Source: Thiotrichaceae bacterium UBA4486 (GTDB taxonomy: Bacteria; Pseudomonadota; Gammaproteobacteria; Eutrophobiales; Eutrophobiaceae). Taken from it: a DNA stretch of 64,000 nucleotides. The notes under the pieces were generated by a model, which saw only the letters and a program-made list of their open reading frames with translations, did no database searches and had not been told where the DNA came from. This document shows, piece by piece, positions 30,001 to 38,975 of the stretch. The first letter of the stretch is position 1, and every line of letters starts with the position of its first letter. The position numbers were made by a program, and so were the translations under genes. The DNA lies in assembly GCA_002389045.1 (NCBI GenBank), contig DGNS01000009.1, forward strand, positions 381,975 through 445,974, read 5' to 3'.

Positions 30001-32414
30001 ACCCGGGTCTGACAATTGAAGCATGGAACAGGTACTGGAAGACGATCAAGAAGTCAGGCACCACGACCCTTGAGGCAAATCACTGGCGCAAGGACGGCAG
30101 CTCATTCCCGGTGGAAATTACCGCCAATTATTTCAGGTTTGAAGGCAAGGAGTACGATCTGGCGCTGGCCCGCGATATCACCGAACGGAAAATAGCCGAA
30201 TCCGCATTGAAAGAAAATGAAATGCGTTTCAGGAATGTAGCCAGAGCGACATCGGATATTGTCTGGGACTGGAATCTGAACACCGATTCAGTCTGGTGGA
30301 ATGATGGCATACATACCCAGTTCGGATACCAGCCCGGCGAACTGGAAAAAGACAGGTCATCGTGGAGCCATCGCATACATCCTGACGACAGGGCACGGGT
30401 GATTGAAAGCATTCACAAGGTAATCGAGGCCGGGGAGGAAAACTGGTCGGACGAATACCGCTTCAGACATAAAAACGGCAACTATGTCTATGTCAGTGAT
30501 CGCGGTTACGTGGTGCGTAATGACAAGGGCAGGGCCGTGCGCATGGTCGGCGGCATGACCGATATCAGCGAGCGTAAGGCAGCGGAAGCCAAAATCATGC
30601 GGCTGAACCGCGTCTACAGGATGCTGAGTGAAATCAACTCGTTGATCGTGCATGTCCAGGACCGCCAACAATTGTTCGAGGAGGCCTGCCGTATTGCCGT
30701 CGAGGATGGCGGCTTTTTGCTGGCCTGGGTCGGCGGTGTTGACAGTGAAACCGGCCAGGTCACCCCTCTCGCTTACAGCGGCAAACACGACTACCTGGAA
30801 AACGTCCATATCACCATGGACCCGGACAAACCCGGCGGCAGGGGACCCACGGCCATCGCCCTGCGCAACGCGAAGCCATCGATTTGTAACGACATCAAAT
30901 CCGACCCGAGCATGGCCCCCTGGCGGCAACGGGCGCTTGCACGGGGCTTCGTATCCTGCGCCGCCATACCGCTCAGCGAAGCGGGCAAGGTGATTGGCGC
31001 CATCAACCTGTACGCGGGCGAAACCGGATTTTTTGACGATGAAGAGATGAAGCTGCTTAATGAACTTGCAACTGATGTTGCCTATGCCTGTGAGAATATT
31101 TCCCGGAAGGAAAAACTTGAATATATCGCCTCTTTTGATCAACTCACCGGCCTCGCCAACCGCCACCTGTTCAATGAACATCTGAATTCCGTACTTGGAC
31201 GGGCCAGAAAAAACAACAAAAAAGTCGCCCTGCTGGTTTGCGATCTGAAGAAATTCCGTCATATAAATAACCTGTACGGCCGCAAGGCCGGAGACCGGAT
31301 CATCCAGGAAACGGCACGCCGGTTGAAAAAACAGACCTCCGATCCGGTCAATATCGGCCGGCTTACCAACGATTACTTCGCCATGATCCTGCACGATGTG
31401 CGCGATTCCACCGGCATCGCCTACATGTTCGAAAATATCCTGTTCCCGTCAATGAATGCGCCATTCCGGATTGACGACCTTGAAATACAGGTCGGTTTCC
31501 GGGGCGGCATAGCCGTGTATCCGACCGATGGCAGCGATGCTGAAGAACTCTACAGGAGTGCAGAAGCCGCGTTGAAGCGCGCCAAAAATTCCGGTGAAGA
31601 ATACGTTTTCTATCAACCGGAGATGACCAACCGTATCGCCGAAACCCTGAAGCTGGAAAACAAGTTGCGCAGCGCCCTGGACAAGGATCAATTTGTCCTG
31701 CACTACCAGCCGAAAATCAACACGGTGACCCGGAATATATGCGGCCTTGAAGCCCTGATCCGCTGGAATGATCCGGAGACCGGGCTGGTGCCCCCGGGAG
31801 ATTTCATTCCGATCCTGGAGGAGACCGGGCTCATCCTCGATGTCGGCCTCTGGGCGCTGCGCAGGGCGGCAAGCGATTACCGCCGCTGGACGGCGGAGTT
31901 TGCAGCCGTACCCACGATCGCCGTCAACGTCTCGGCTGCGCAGTTGCATCAGGCGGATTTTGCCCGGCAAATACTCAAGGCCGTGGAACACGACGGTGAA
32001 ACCACGCCGGTAGACCTGGAAATCACCGAAAGCATGATCATGGTGAACATCGAGCAGAATATCGAAAAACTCGGTGTTCTGCGCCAGGCGGGGATCGGCA
32101 TTGACATCGATGATTTCGGCACCGGGTATTCATCCCTGAGCTACATCGCCAGTCTGCCGATCGATGCGCTGAAAATCGACCGCTCGTTTATCACCAACAT
32201 GACCACGCAGCCACAAAGCCTGACCATTGTCACCAGTATCATCAGCCTTGCGCATTCCCTGGATCTGAAAGTGGTCGCCGAGGGCGTCGAAAACGAGGAA
32301 CAGGCAAAATACCTGCGTTTGCTGAATTGCGATGAAATGCAGGGCTTTTTATTCAGTAAACCGCTACCGGCGGAGGAAATCACCGCACTTTTACAGTCCG
32401 GCGTTATAAAATAA
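27084..32414 (+). CDS. 1776-aa multi-PAS/PAC-GAF sensor protein with degenerate GGDEF and intact EAL domain (probable c-di-GMP phosphodiesterase)
   Basis: at least 8 PAS/PAC units (repeating ...HPDDR...W...G...DITERK). GAF domain. GGDEF position reads GRLTNDYFAMIL (no GG[DE]EF). EAL domain has EALIRW, DDFGTGYSSLSYI, KIDRSFI, EGVENEEQ. Start is TTG 27084 or ATG 27096. Confidence 0.85.
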   Translation: MTTRMPTDHGTAAAADDSRFRSLIENSNDVISLVDRTGTILYSSPSVYGVLGYDPDQRPGQSIFENIHPEDRPRLEEVFKRLLSEPGQSIHAITRYQHRDGHWLWMEGSAKNLLEDPDVRAIVVNYRDITERKQAEDKLAANEQRLSVLMENLPGMVYRCRNDPDWSMEFMSSGCVDLTGYSADDFLSGRIRYHDIIHPDDRDRVWNEVQDALAGKTRFRIEYRIRTATGEEKQVWEQGCGIWESNADVLALEGFITDVTERRKIEDELRTKTRDLNERVKEITCINIISAIFDEPGSSLDEQIERVVNTIPDAMQYAEISCARIGLDDKTFSTTNFDHPVATLSRDIVVNKTAIGTIDIGYLEQRPGTDTDPFLDEEKDLVSIIASKLAQHLENKRIEQELVESERFANATINGLSAHIAIIDRTGTILHINRAWKQFAENNSTEIRALCTGANYLDVCDRASRLAGDTIAAQFADCIRSVLAGEISEFVLEYPCHSPEEQRWFQGRITPFPGEGPAKAIVAHENITDRKLSEAALGASEERLRLALDAAHMGTFDWDIRKNHITWSRWHEELWGYESGEFDGTYEAFEQRIHPDDLPGINADIERCIDTHVPFIREFRVVWPDDSIHWIQARGEFTYPADDSADRMRGVVIEITERKQTEQALRREHDFSNALLNSLPGIVYCFDENLNFLRWNRNFENISGYTGEEIANSRPLDFFSGDDRELIRRCIGEVFEKGQAETEAGFVSQDGKVIPYYFTGMHADIGGKTCLVAVGIDITAIRQKDEALRISEAQLSNALEIARAGYWEYDVATDRFTFNDHFYAIFRTSAEREGGYSMSPAEYAGRFVHPDDRDVVDREVKAALETTDPDFTRELEHRAIFADGETGYIAVRVFIKKDDSGKTVKTYGINQDITQRKEAEQRLTLLNFALNHASEASYLMDRQGRFLDVNREACRALGYTRDELLAMKVFDIDPGLTIEAWNRYWKTIKKSGTTTLEANHWRKDGSSFPVEITANYFRFEGKEYDLALARDITERKIAESALKENEMRFRNVARATSDIVWDWNLNTDSVWWNDGIHTQFGYQPGELEKDRSSWSHRIHPDDRARVIESIHKVIEAGEENWSDEYRFRHKNGNYVYVSDRGYVVRNDKGRAVRMVGGMTDISERKAAEAKIMRLNRVYRMLSEINSLIVHVQDRQQLFEEACRIAVEDGGFLLAWVGGVDSETGQVTPLAYSGKHDYLENVHITMDPDKPGGRGPTAIALRNAKPSICNDIKSDPSMAPWRQRALARGFVSCAAIPLSEAGKVIGAINLYAGETGFFDDEEMKLLNELATDVAYACENISRKEKLEYIASFDQLTGLANRHLFNEHLNSVLGRARKNNKKVALLVCDLKKFRHINNLYGRKAGDRIIQETARRLKKQTSDPVNIGRLTNDYFAMILHDVRDSTGIAYMFENILFPSMNAPFRIDDLEIQVGFRGGIAVYPTDGSDAEELYRSAEAALKRAKNSGEEYVFYQPEMTNRIAETLKLENKLRSALDKDQFVLHYQPKINTVTRNICGLEALIRWNDPETGLVPPGDFIPILEETGLILDVGLWALRRAASDYRRWTAEFAAVPTIAVNVSAAQLHQADFARQILKAVEHDGETTPVDLEITESMIMVNIEQNIEKLGVLRQAGIGIDIDDFGTGYSSLSYIASLPIDALKIDRSFITNMTTQPQSLTIVTSIISLAHSLDLKVVAEGVENEEQAKYLRLLNCDEMQGFLFSKPLPAEEITALLQSGVIK

Positions 32415-32501
32415 GCCGGTTGGCCCGATGCGGATTTTCTCTCGCGGTGGTCAATACCGTATCATGTGGACCACTCACCGTTTTGACAGTAATGAATAAC
32501 C

Positions 32502-32750
32502 ATGGAAAAAAGTGCACTTCACGTTGTTTCTGAAAAATACGATCCGCGCTTCGGCCAGATCGCCGTCGACCTCGGCTTTATTACCCATGCGCAATTAAAA
32601 GAAGCGCTGTGCCGGCAAATTGATGAAAATCTCGCCGGCGGCAAACATCGCCTGCTGGGAACCATACTCTTTGACATGGACCTGATGAGCAGCGAACAGA
32701 TTGAAAAAGTACTGAATGTGCTTTTTTCAGGGCACAGCAACTCTGCCTGA
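32502..32750 (+). CDS. small stand-alone MshEN (T2SSE_N)-like domain protein, candidate c-di-GMP receptor
   Basis: RFGQIAVDLGFITHAQLKEALCRQ fits the 24-residue MshEN motif RLGxx(LVI)(LVI)xxG(LFVI)(LVI)xxxxLxxxLxxQ. A 5-residue spacer and a weaker second copy (LLGTILFDMDLMSSEQIEKVL) follow. Confidence 0.5.
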   Translation: MEKSALHVVSEKYDPRFGQIAVDLGFITHAQLKEALCRQIDENLAGGKHRLLGTILFDMDLMSSEQIEKVLNVLFSGHSNSA

Positions 32751-32820
32751 ACGGCAGTTCCGGTTTCCGTGTATTTTCAGGAAAGCATTGATCCGGATCC
32801 GGCAATACGGCAGCCGTTTC

Positions 32821-33696
32821 TCAGACCAGCGTCTGCAGGGTATTCAGGCAGGACGGGTAATAACTCCGACCGAACAGGTTCAGGTGATTGAGTTCATGAT
32901 AGAGGCGATAAAGGCGAATACGCTCCTCCGCGCCCGGCTGCAGCGGCCAGACCTCACCGTAGGCCGCCTCGCATACGGGACCAAAGCCTCCGAACATCCG
33001 CATCATGCCGATTTCAGCCTCCCGGTGACCGTAGTAACTGGCCGGGTCATAGATTACCGGCTCACCGCATTTGTCACTGGCGGCATTCCCGGACCAGAGA
33101 TCGCCGTGCAGCAAGACGGCGGGCTCATCAACAGCGCCCAGATACTCATCGAGCCGGTGCATTAATTTCTCCCCCAGCTTGAGCAGGGGATCATCCACAG
33201 CGGTTTTGCCGGCGTACAAATCCAGTTGCCAGCCAAGTCGTTGATCGCGCCAGAAGGACAACCAGTCATCCATCCACGGATTCGGCTGCGGCGTGGTGCC
33301 GAGGTAATTATCCATGCCGAAACCGAAGCGATTCTGCTTCGTCGCCGTGTGCAGTGCGGCCAGTTGCCGGCCGATCTTTTCATGCCAGTCAGCGGCGGGC
33401 CTGCCCAGTTGGATGTGTTCCATGACAATGAATTCATCGGCACAGACCACCGGCGCCGGAACCCGGATAACTCCAGGGGCGGAGAGAAGTTGTAACGCCT
33501 CGAATTCCGCCCTGAAAAAACCGGGATACTGACCGGCGGAAGGGTGGGTCTTGATGAAGAACCGCCGGCCATCGCCAAGCGTGACCACGCGGCTGTCATT
33601 GATGCAACCGCCGGCGGCAATACCGCACTGTGAAAATGCCGCGGCTTGACCCGTCGCCCCGGTAATGGCCTCTTCTATTCGCGTCTGCAGTTTCAC
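32821..33696 (-). CDS. fructosamine/ketosamine-3-kinase family protein
   Basis: FFIKTHP...FRAEFEALQLL, LLHGDLWSGN, YDPASYYGHREAEIGMMRMFGGF motifs of the FN3K family. Confidence 0.8.
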   Translation of the reverse strand: MKLQTRIEEAITGATGQAAAFSQCGIAAGGCINDSRVVTLGDGRRFFIKTHPSAGQYPGFFRAEFEALQLLSAPGVIRVPAPVVCADEFIVMEHIQLGRPAADWHEKIGRQLAALHTATKQNRFGFGMDNYLGTTPQPNPWMDDWLSFWRDQRLGWQLDLYAGKTAVDDPLLKLGEKLMHRLDEYLGAVDEPAVLLHGDLWSGNAASDKCGEPVIYDPASYYGHREAEIGMMRMFGGFGPVCEAAYGEVWPLQPGAEERIRLYRLYHELNHLNLFGRSYYPSCLNTLQTLV

Positions 33697-34199
33697 GGCC
33701 GGCGGTTATTGATAATGTCGAGAACCTGTTCAAACATGGCCGGACAAGCGGCCTCGATCATATCGATTACGGCCTCGAAACCGGCATCTCCGCCGTAATA
33801 GGGATCCGGCACCGGCCGGCCCAGACGCGCATCCCGGGCATCGGGCAGGAAACTGCCGAGCATGCGCAGATGCGGCCGTGAACCGCCGGCCAGATATTCC
33901 AGGTCCGTCAGGTTGTCTTCATCCATGGCAACCACCAGGTCAAATGTATCAATGTCATCACGACTGACCTGGCGGGCGATGGATTCGAGCCGGTAACCCC
34001 GCCGTGCTACCGCGGTTTGCATACGCGGATCGGCCGGATTACCGCTGTGGTAGCCGATGGTACCGGCGGAATCAATGAAAACCCGGCTCGCATAACCCTG
34101 GCCGGCCACGTAATGCCTGAACACGCCTTCACCCGTGGGCGAACGGCAGATATTGCCCATGCAGACAAACAGGATACTGGCTTCGTATTCGTCCGGCAT
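33693..34199 (-). CDS. low-molecular-weight protein-tyrosine phosphatase
   Basis: ILFVCMGNICRSP (CX5R P-loop) and DP..G motif; stop overlaps the downstream kinase-family gene start by 4 nt. Confidence 0.85.
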   Translation of the reverse strand: MPDEYEASILFVCMGNICRSPTGEGVFRHYVAGQGYASRVFIDSAGTIGYHSGNPADPRMQTAVARRGYRLESIARQVSRDDIDTFDLVVAMDEDNLTDLEYLAGGSRPHLRMLGSFLPDARDARLGRPVPDPYYGGDAGFEAVIDMIEAACPAMFEQVLDIINNRRP

Positions 34200-34375
34200 G
34201 GTTCGTTTTTACACCCTGGTTGATGTCCCCTGGTTGTCGTCTATGATTACCCCGATCATACCGGGGGTTGCCATAGCAGCCATTATGCACATGTAATCAT
34301 TCACAGTTCATAGTGTTTACAATCAGACCGATACGCCTGCTATCATGATCATATGATTGCTGCCGATGTGCAAAT

Positions 34376-34990
34376 ATGAACAAACCTTTTTCGCAGTCCT
34401 GTGAAAACAACAAGAAGCCCATACTTTCGGTCATCGAGAGCCTCTGGACAGGTTCCGCCGAAATTCTTGAAATCGGCAGCGGCACCGGGCAACACGCGGT
34501 TTACTTTGCCGCGCACCTGCCGCACCTGCACTGGCAACCCTCGGATCGTGGCGTGATGATTGAGGGCATGCACATGTGGTTTGACGAGGCCGGCCTGTCC
34601 AATATCCGACCACCACAAATTCTGGACGTTGAACTGGATCCGTGGCCGGTCACCCGCTTTGACGGCGTTTTTACCGCCAACACGCTGCATATCATGAGCT
34701 GGAATCACGTACAGTTATTATTTCACCGTCTCGGCACATATCTGCCGCCGGGCGGCCTGTTTGTTTGTTACGGCCCCTTCAACAGGGGTGGACAATATTC
34801 AAGTGAAAGTAACGCACGGTTTGATCAGTGGCTGAAACGGCAGGACCCGGTCAGTGCCATCCGTGATATCGATGATCTTGAACAACTGGCTGTAAAACAG
34901 GAAATTGAACTCGAATCCAATGTGGACATGCCCGCCAACAACCGCATCCTGGTCTGGAAGAAATCACCGGTTGCAGGGATACAATTCTGA
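34376..34990 (+). CDS. class I SAM-dependent methyltransferase, DUF938 family
   Basis: LEIGSGTGQH SAM motif I, DGVFTANTLHIMSW, characteristic DUF938 length and order. Confidence 0.6.
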   Translation: MNKPFSQSCENNKKPILSVIESLWTGSAEILEIGSGTGQHAVYFAAHLPHLHWQPSDRGVMIEGMHMWFDEAGLSNIRPPQILDVELDPWPVTRFDGVFTANTLHIMSWNHVQLLFHRLGTYLPPGGLFVCYGPFNRGGQYSSESNARFDQWLKRQDPVSAIRDIDDLEQLAVKQEIELESNVDMPANNRILVWKKSPVAGIQF

Positions 34991-35374
34991 CAAAACAGTA
35001 TTGGCCGCAACAACAGCCGGTTTTTGCAGCAATTCCGGATCTTGCCGAATACCCTTGATCACGGTTCTTGCCAGGGTTTCCTCCACGGCATCCGCGGGCA
35101 AACAGACTTCCGGAACATCGTCATCATGATAACAATCACAGGGCGTCACATACCAGTGACACACCATACCCTCCGTGTGTGTAAACCCGGACGCCAGAGC
35201 GGTTTCGCAGGCATCGACCAGACGGGCTCCGTTGATGGAATCCGCCTGAGCCGATGCAAACATCAGATAGAGAATGACAATCCGTGATACGTTGCGGACA
35301 AACACAGTAATTATTTGTGGTTCCTCAGCAAAATCTGTGGGTGGCAGTTTTCTCGCCGTGGTCGCCAGGTGCAT
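34964..35374 (-). CDS. hypothetical Cys-rich protein, possibly secreted; 5' end probably over-called
   Basis: The 38 N-terminal codons are encoded by repeat copy B read in reverse. A plausible signal-like segment VILYLMFASAQA then follows. The true start may be near 35263. Confidence 0.3.
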   Translation of the reverse strand: MHLATTARKLPPTDFAEEPQIITVFVRNVSRIVILYLMFASAQADSINGARLVDACETALASGFTHTEGMVCHWYVTPCDCYHDDDVPEVCLPADAVEETLARTVIKGIRQDPELLQKPAVVAANTVLSELYPCNR

Positions 35375-35445
35375 TATGTTCAGGAAATATTGATGACCGG
35401 GACAGCCACTGATCGGGAAGTATTTCTACACCGCATTTTTATGCT
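35334..35445 (+). repeat. copy B of the ~110-nt repeated element (see 22394-22503)
   Basis: 84 of 98 aligned core positions identical to copy A. Confidence 0.8.
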
Positions 35446-35667
35446 CTCGCCAAGCACGCCATGAACGCCAAGGAAATCATCCACACTATTCATGAAGTCG
35501 GATCCCGTGAGATGGACGAAGAGCAGGCATAGGGTATATGGAATTCGGGATAGCACCATTTCGCCATATTCTACATTCCGTTTCCGTTATTATTTTTCCT
35601 GGCGTGCCTGGCGTCCTGGCGAGAGAAAAAATTCTTTGTCCATACCCACAAATTCCGCTGACGTTCC

Positions 35668-36270
35668 TTATTTGTTGAGGTATCGTTGGTCCCTGAAACT
35701 ATATACCCAGTCAGGACGATAGACAACAAACAGGGTGATCAGGCCCGAGGTCAGAAATGCTTCGGAAAATCCGAACAAAAGAAAGTAAGGCAGGTACTCT
35801 CCGCTGAGCAGCGACCATTTAAAGACGTTAAATACAACCAGCACCAGCGCAATGGCGAGTCCCGTACAGGCATTGGTCAGCCAGGCGCCAAAAAAGGCGG
35901 AACCATATATGTAGATAAAGAAATGTCGCGGTAATTTGTATTCCAGCAGCAGAAAGATGAAACAGGCCACGGTGACCGGCAAAACCGCATTGAGCATGAT
36001 CGCCGTACCGATGTTCATCCAGAGGGCGTCACGAAACAGGGTGACCAGTACGTTCACCAGCGAAAGACCAAGTACACCCATGCGCCAGCCGAACATCAGC
36101 GCCACAAGCATGGCGCCGAAAAGATGAATATTCAGACCGGAATCAAGCGATACACGCAGCATCGAGACCATGGTCAGAAAGAAAATCGCCCACAGCCAGT
36201 GGTTGATTCGGCGAATACTGCAGTGTGTTGATGAACGTAAACTGTTTACAATCAACATCACCAACGACAC
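35668..36270 (-). CDS. polytopic membrane protein (about 6 TM; ECF S-component-like, family not recognised)
   Basis: 200 aa almost entirely hydrophobic helices; GTG 36270 or ATG 36258 start; lies 345 nt downstream of ribB(A) on the same strand. Confidence 0.45.
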   Translation of the reverse strand: MSLVMLIVNSLRSSTHCSIRRINHWLWAIFFLTMVSMLRVSLDSGLNIHLFGAMLVALMFGWRMGVLGLSLVNVLVTLFRDALWMNIGTAIMLNAVLPVTVACFIFLLLEYKLPRHFFIYIYGSAFFGAWLTNACTGLAIALVLVVFNVFKWSLLSGEYLPYFLLFGFSEAFLTSGLITLFVVYRPDWVYSFRDQRYLNK

Positions 36271-36615
36271 GCTGCACAGGATTGTCGTCAGGCTGAACCA
36301 AACGGGAAAATAATGTCCGGTAAAATCCAGGTTATCCTCCGGGATAAATGAACAACCATAATGTCAGGTTAGCCCCGACAGGCAAATCCGGAACCTGTCA
36401 GAACCCGGTAAAATACATACGTTATATTAATAACAGGAAGCAGCGGGTAATTCCAGATACACCATGCCATGCAGAGAGAGATATATATTACCCGTTAGCT
36501 GATACGTATGCCGGTACAGACAAGGTTGTTCGGAACGGAGGTCAATACTACAATTGTGTATCGGGATAATTCCGGTTTCTTGAGAAATGACAGGGGAACT
36601 GCACAGACCTTCCGG

Positions 36616-37794
36616 TTAACGTGAACTGTTAAGCCCGTACATCGAGTGTTCCCGGGTACATGCCTGCGACTCTTTCCCCCGGCTATCAATACCGGCTCCG
36701 ATATAATCGGTGACTTCAAGACCGAATCCTGAAAGAGCCGGCATCTTTTTCGGTGATCCAAGAACACGGATTTTCCGGATTCCAAGATCATGTATTATTT
36801 GCGAGCCCATGCCTGTCATTCGAAGGTTTTTTCTGCTGTGCAAATTAACAATATTATCCTGTTTATTATCATCCATACTATTATTGAGCTGATCCAGACT
36901 GCTGGTCGAATCGGCCTGGTTCTGCAAAATCACGACTACACCTTTTCCTTGCTGTGAAATGTATTTCAGCGCGGAACGAATACTCCAGCCGTACTCGTCG
37001 GTTATCGTACCGATCAGATCACGTACCGGGTTGTGAACATGTACACGCACTGTAACTGTTTCATCAGCATTAATATATCCACGGGTCAATGCAAAGTGCT
37101 GGTCCTGGTTGATGCTGTCTTCATAGACCACCAGATTGAAGTCACCGAACTCCGTGGAAAGTGTGCGGGTATTCTTTCTCTCAATGGTTTTTTCATTCTG
37201 GATACGAAATTCGATCAAATCCGCAATTGTTCCGATTCGGATATTGTGTTTTTTGGCAAACACCTCCAGATCCGGCCGCCTCGCCATTGTGCCGTCTTCA
37301 TTAAGCACTTCTACAATGACCGCCGACGGCTTCAGTCCCGCCAGCCTGGCAAGGTCGCACCCGGCTTCAGTATGACCGGCGCGGGTCAGTACACCCCCGG
37401 GTTGCGCCATCAGCGGAAAAATATAACCCGGCTGTACAAGATCGGCCGGCGTGGCGGCATCGGCTATTGCGGACCGGATGGTCCGCGCACGATCCGCTGC
37501 AGAAATACCCTTGGTGACTCCCCGCGACGCATTGATTGACATGGTGAAATTTGTCCCATGATGGCAATTGTTCTGGTTCACCATCATGGGCAAATCAATT
37601 TGCCGGCATTGTTCCCTGGTCAGGGTAAGACATATCAGGCCACGGCCATAATTCGCCATGAAATTGATGTCATCCGGCGTCGCTTTTTCCGCGGCGATGA
37701 GAAGATCGCCTTCATTTTCGCGATCCTCATCATCCATAACAAGAACCATCCTGCCGTTACGCAGGTCATCGATAATATCCTGAATCCTGTCCAT
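36616..37794 (-). CDS. ribB: 3,4-dihydroxy-2-butanone-4-phosphate synthase with C-terminal degenerate GTP-cyclohydrolase-II-like domain (RibBA-type)
   Basis: N-terminal RibB motifs ([18 protein letters not shown]). The C-terminal RibA-like fold lacks the Zn-binding CxxC...C residues, as in the gammaproteobacterial RibBX form. Confidence 0.8.
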   Translation of the reverse strand: MDRIQDIIDDLRNGRMVLVMDDEDRENEGDLLIAAEKATPDDINFMANYGRGLICLTLTREQCRQIDLPMMVNQNNCHHGTNFTMSINASRGVTKGISAADRARTIRSAIADAATPADLVQPGYIFPLMAQPGGVLTRAGHTEAGCDLARLAGLKPSAVIVEVLNEDGTMARRPDLEVFAKKHNIRIGTIADLIEFRIQNEKTIERKNTRTLSTEFGDFNLVVYEDSINQDQHFALTRGYINADETVTVRVHVHNPVRDLIGTITDEYGWSIRSALKYISQQGKGVVVILQNQADSTSSLDQLNNSMDDNKQDNIVNLHSRKNLRMTGMGSQIIHDLGIRKIRVLGSPKKMPALSGFGLEVTDYIGAGIDSRGKESQACTREHSMYGLNSSR

Positions 37795-37834
37795 AACTGT
37801 TATTTATGCGCGCCTGTAAAATCGCGGTACAGCA

Positions 37835-38938
37835 TCAGGAAGTGCGCTTGACCTTGTCGGGATCCAGTATCGGCATGGTACCGGTTTTAGCTCCGGATTT
37901 TATACTGTCACCGTGCACCTCAAGGGTAATACCCGGCCTGGCGTATTCCTTGTCGATGCGAACCATTGCGATGGACTTGTTCAGTACTATTGAATAACAG
38001 GGGGCTGTCACAAACCCTATTTTACTGTCTCCATCATATATTGCTGCATCGGCTTCGAGCAGTTCGTCGGTATCTGCAACGATGCTCCATGTCGTGGTCT
38101 TTTCCTTGCCCATGGCATCCATGCATGCTTTCTTGCCGCGATAATCGCCTTTTTTATCCTTGGATACGGCGAATCCAAGGCCGACATCCCATGGCGTGGA
38201 ATCCTCGTTCATATCATATGGATAAAACAACAGTGCAGCTTCCACCCTGATGGCGTCGATACAGTTGAATGAACAGGGAATAATGCCTTCTGATTTCCCG
38301 TTTTCCAGAATAGCATCCCATATCGGAACAATATCCTCAGCCTTTGCGAATATTTCATAACCCCTCTCACCGGAATAACCCGTACGGGAAATCATGCAAT
38401 GACGATCGAAAAGTGTTGTCGGGATCTGATGGAAATATTTCAGTTCGTGCAGATTACATGGCGTGTACTTATCCAGGAAATCCACTGATTTCGGACCTTG
38501 CAAGGAGATATCGTGCAAATCATCATCGAATTCAATCTTTACATCCTTGCCCTTTGCCGATTTCTCAAGTTGCTCCATGGCAGTGCCGCCACCATGCACC
38601 AGCATGATATCATTTGGCCGGATATGAAAAATAATGCAATCGTCGGTAATACCGCCGTCATCATTCAGGATAATGCCATATGCTGATTTTCCGGGATAAA
38701 TTTTTTCCATATCACGGGTAAACACGTGATCAGCGACCGCCTTGGCGTCCGGTCCGGTAATATGAATTTTCTTGAGACCGGAAACATCGAAAAGCCCCGC
38801 GGCATTACGGACTGCTTCGTGTTCCAGTCGCAATTCCTGGTCATACTCCCACGGCACATCCATACCGTTCCAGTCATCCAGTTTTGCGCCAAGCGCTTCG
38901 TGGCGCGCTCTCAATGCGGATTGTCTCGGGCTGGTCAT
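37835..38938 (-). CDS. aminomethyltransferase (GcvT) family protein, probable THF-dependent demethylase component
   Basis: GLFDVSGLKKIHITGPDA, RTGYSGERGYEI, GcvT N- and C-domain order, 367 aa. Could be GcvT proper or a DmdA-like substrate-specific paralog. Confidence 0.7.
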   Translation of the reverse strand: MTSPRQSALRARHEALGAKLDDWNGMDVPWEYDQELRLEHEAVRNAAGLFDVSGLKKIHITGPDAKAVADHVFTRDMEKIYPGKSAYGIILNDDGGITDDCIIFHIRPNDIMLVHGGGTAMEQLEKSAKGKDVKIEFDDDLHDISLQGPKSVDFLDKYTPCNLHELKYFHQIPTTLFDRHCMISRTGYSGERGYEIFAKAEDIVPIWDAILENGKSEGIIPCSFNCIDAIRVEAALLFYPYDMNEDSTPWDVGLGFAVSKDKKGDYRGKKACMDAMGKEKTTTWSIVADTDELLEADAAIYDGDSKIGFVTAPCYSIVLNKSIAMVRIDKEYARPGITLEVHGDSIKSGAKTGTMPILDPDKVKRTS

Positions 38939-38975
38939 TATTACCTCCTACAATATTTGTATTAGTTCAATCAAG

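Noticed and set aside
36271-36615. Possible FMN riboswitch associated with ribB(A) or the downstream membrane protein
   Set aside because: Neither strand of the 345-nt gap contains the conserved RFN-element blocks (GGATGGGAGA-type 3' block, CGGTGAAATTCC-type block). Only 40 nt separate ribB from its upstream neighbour, so there is no room for a leader there either.
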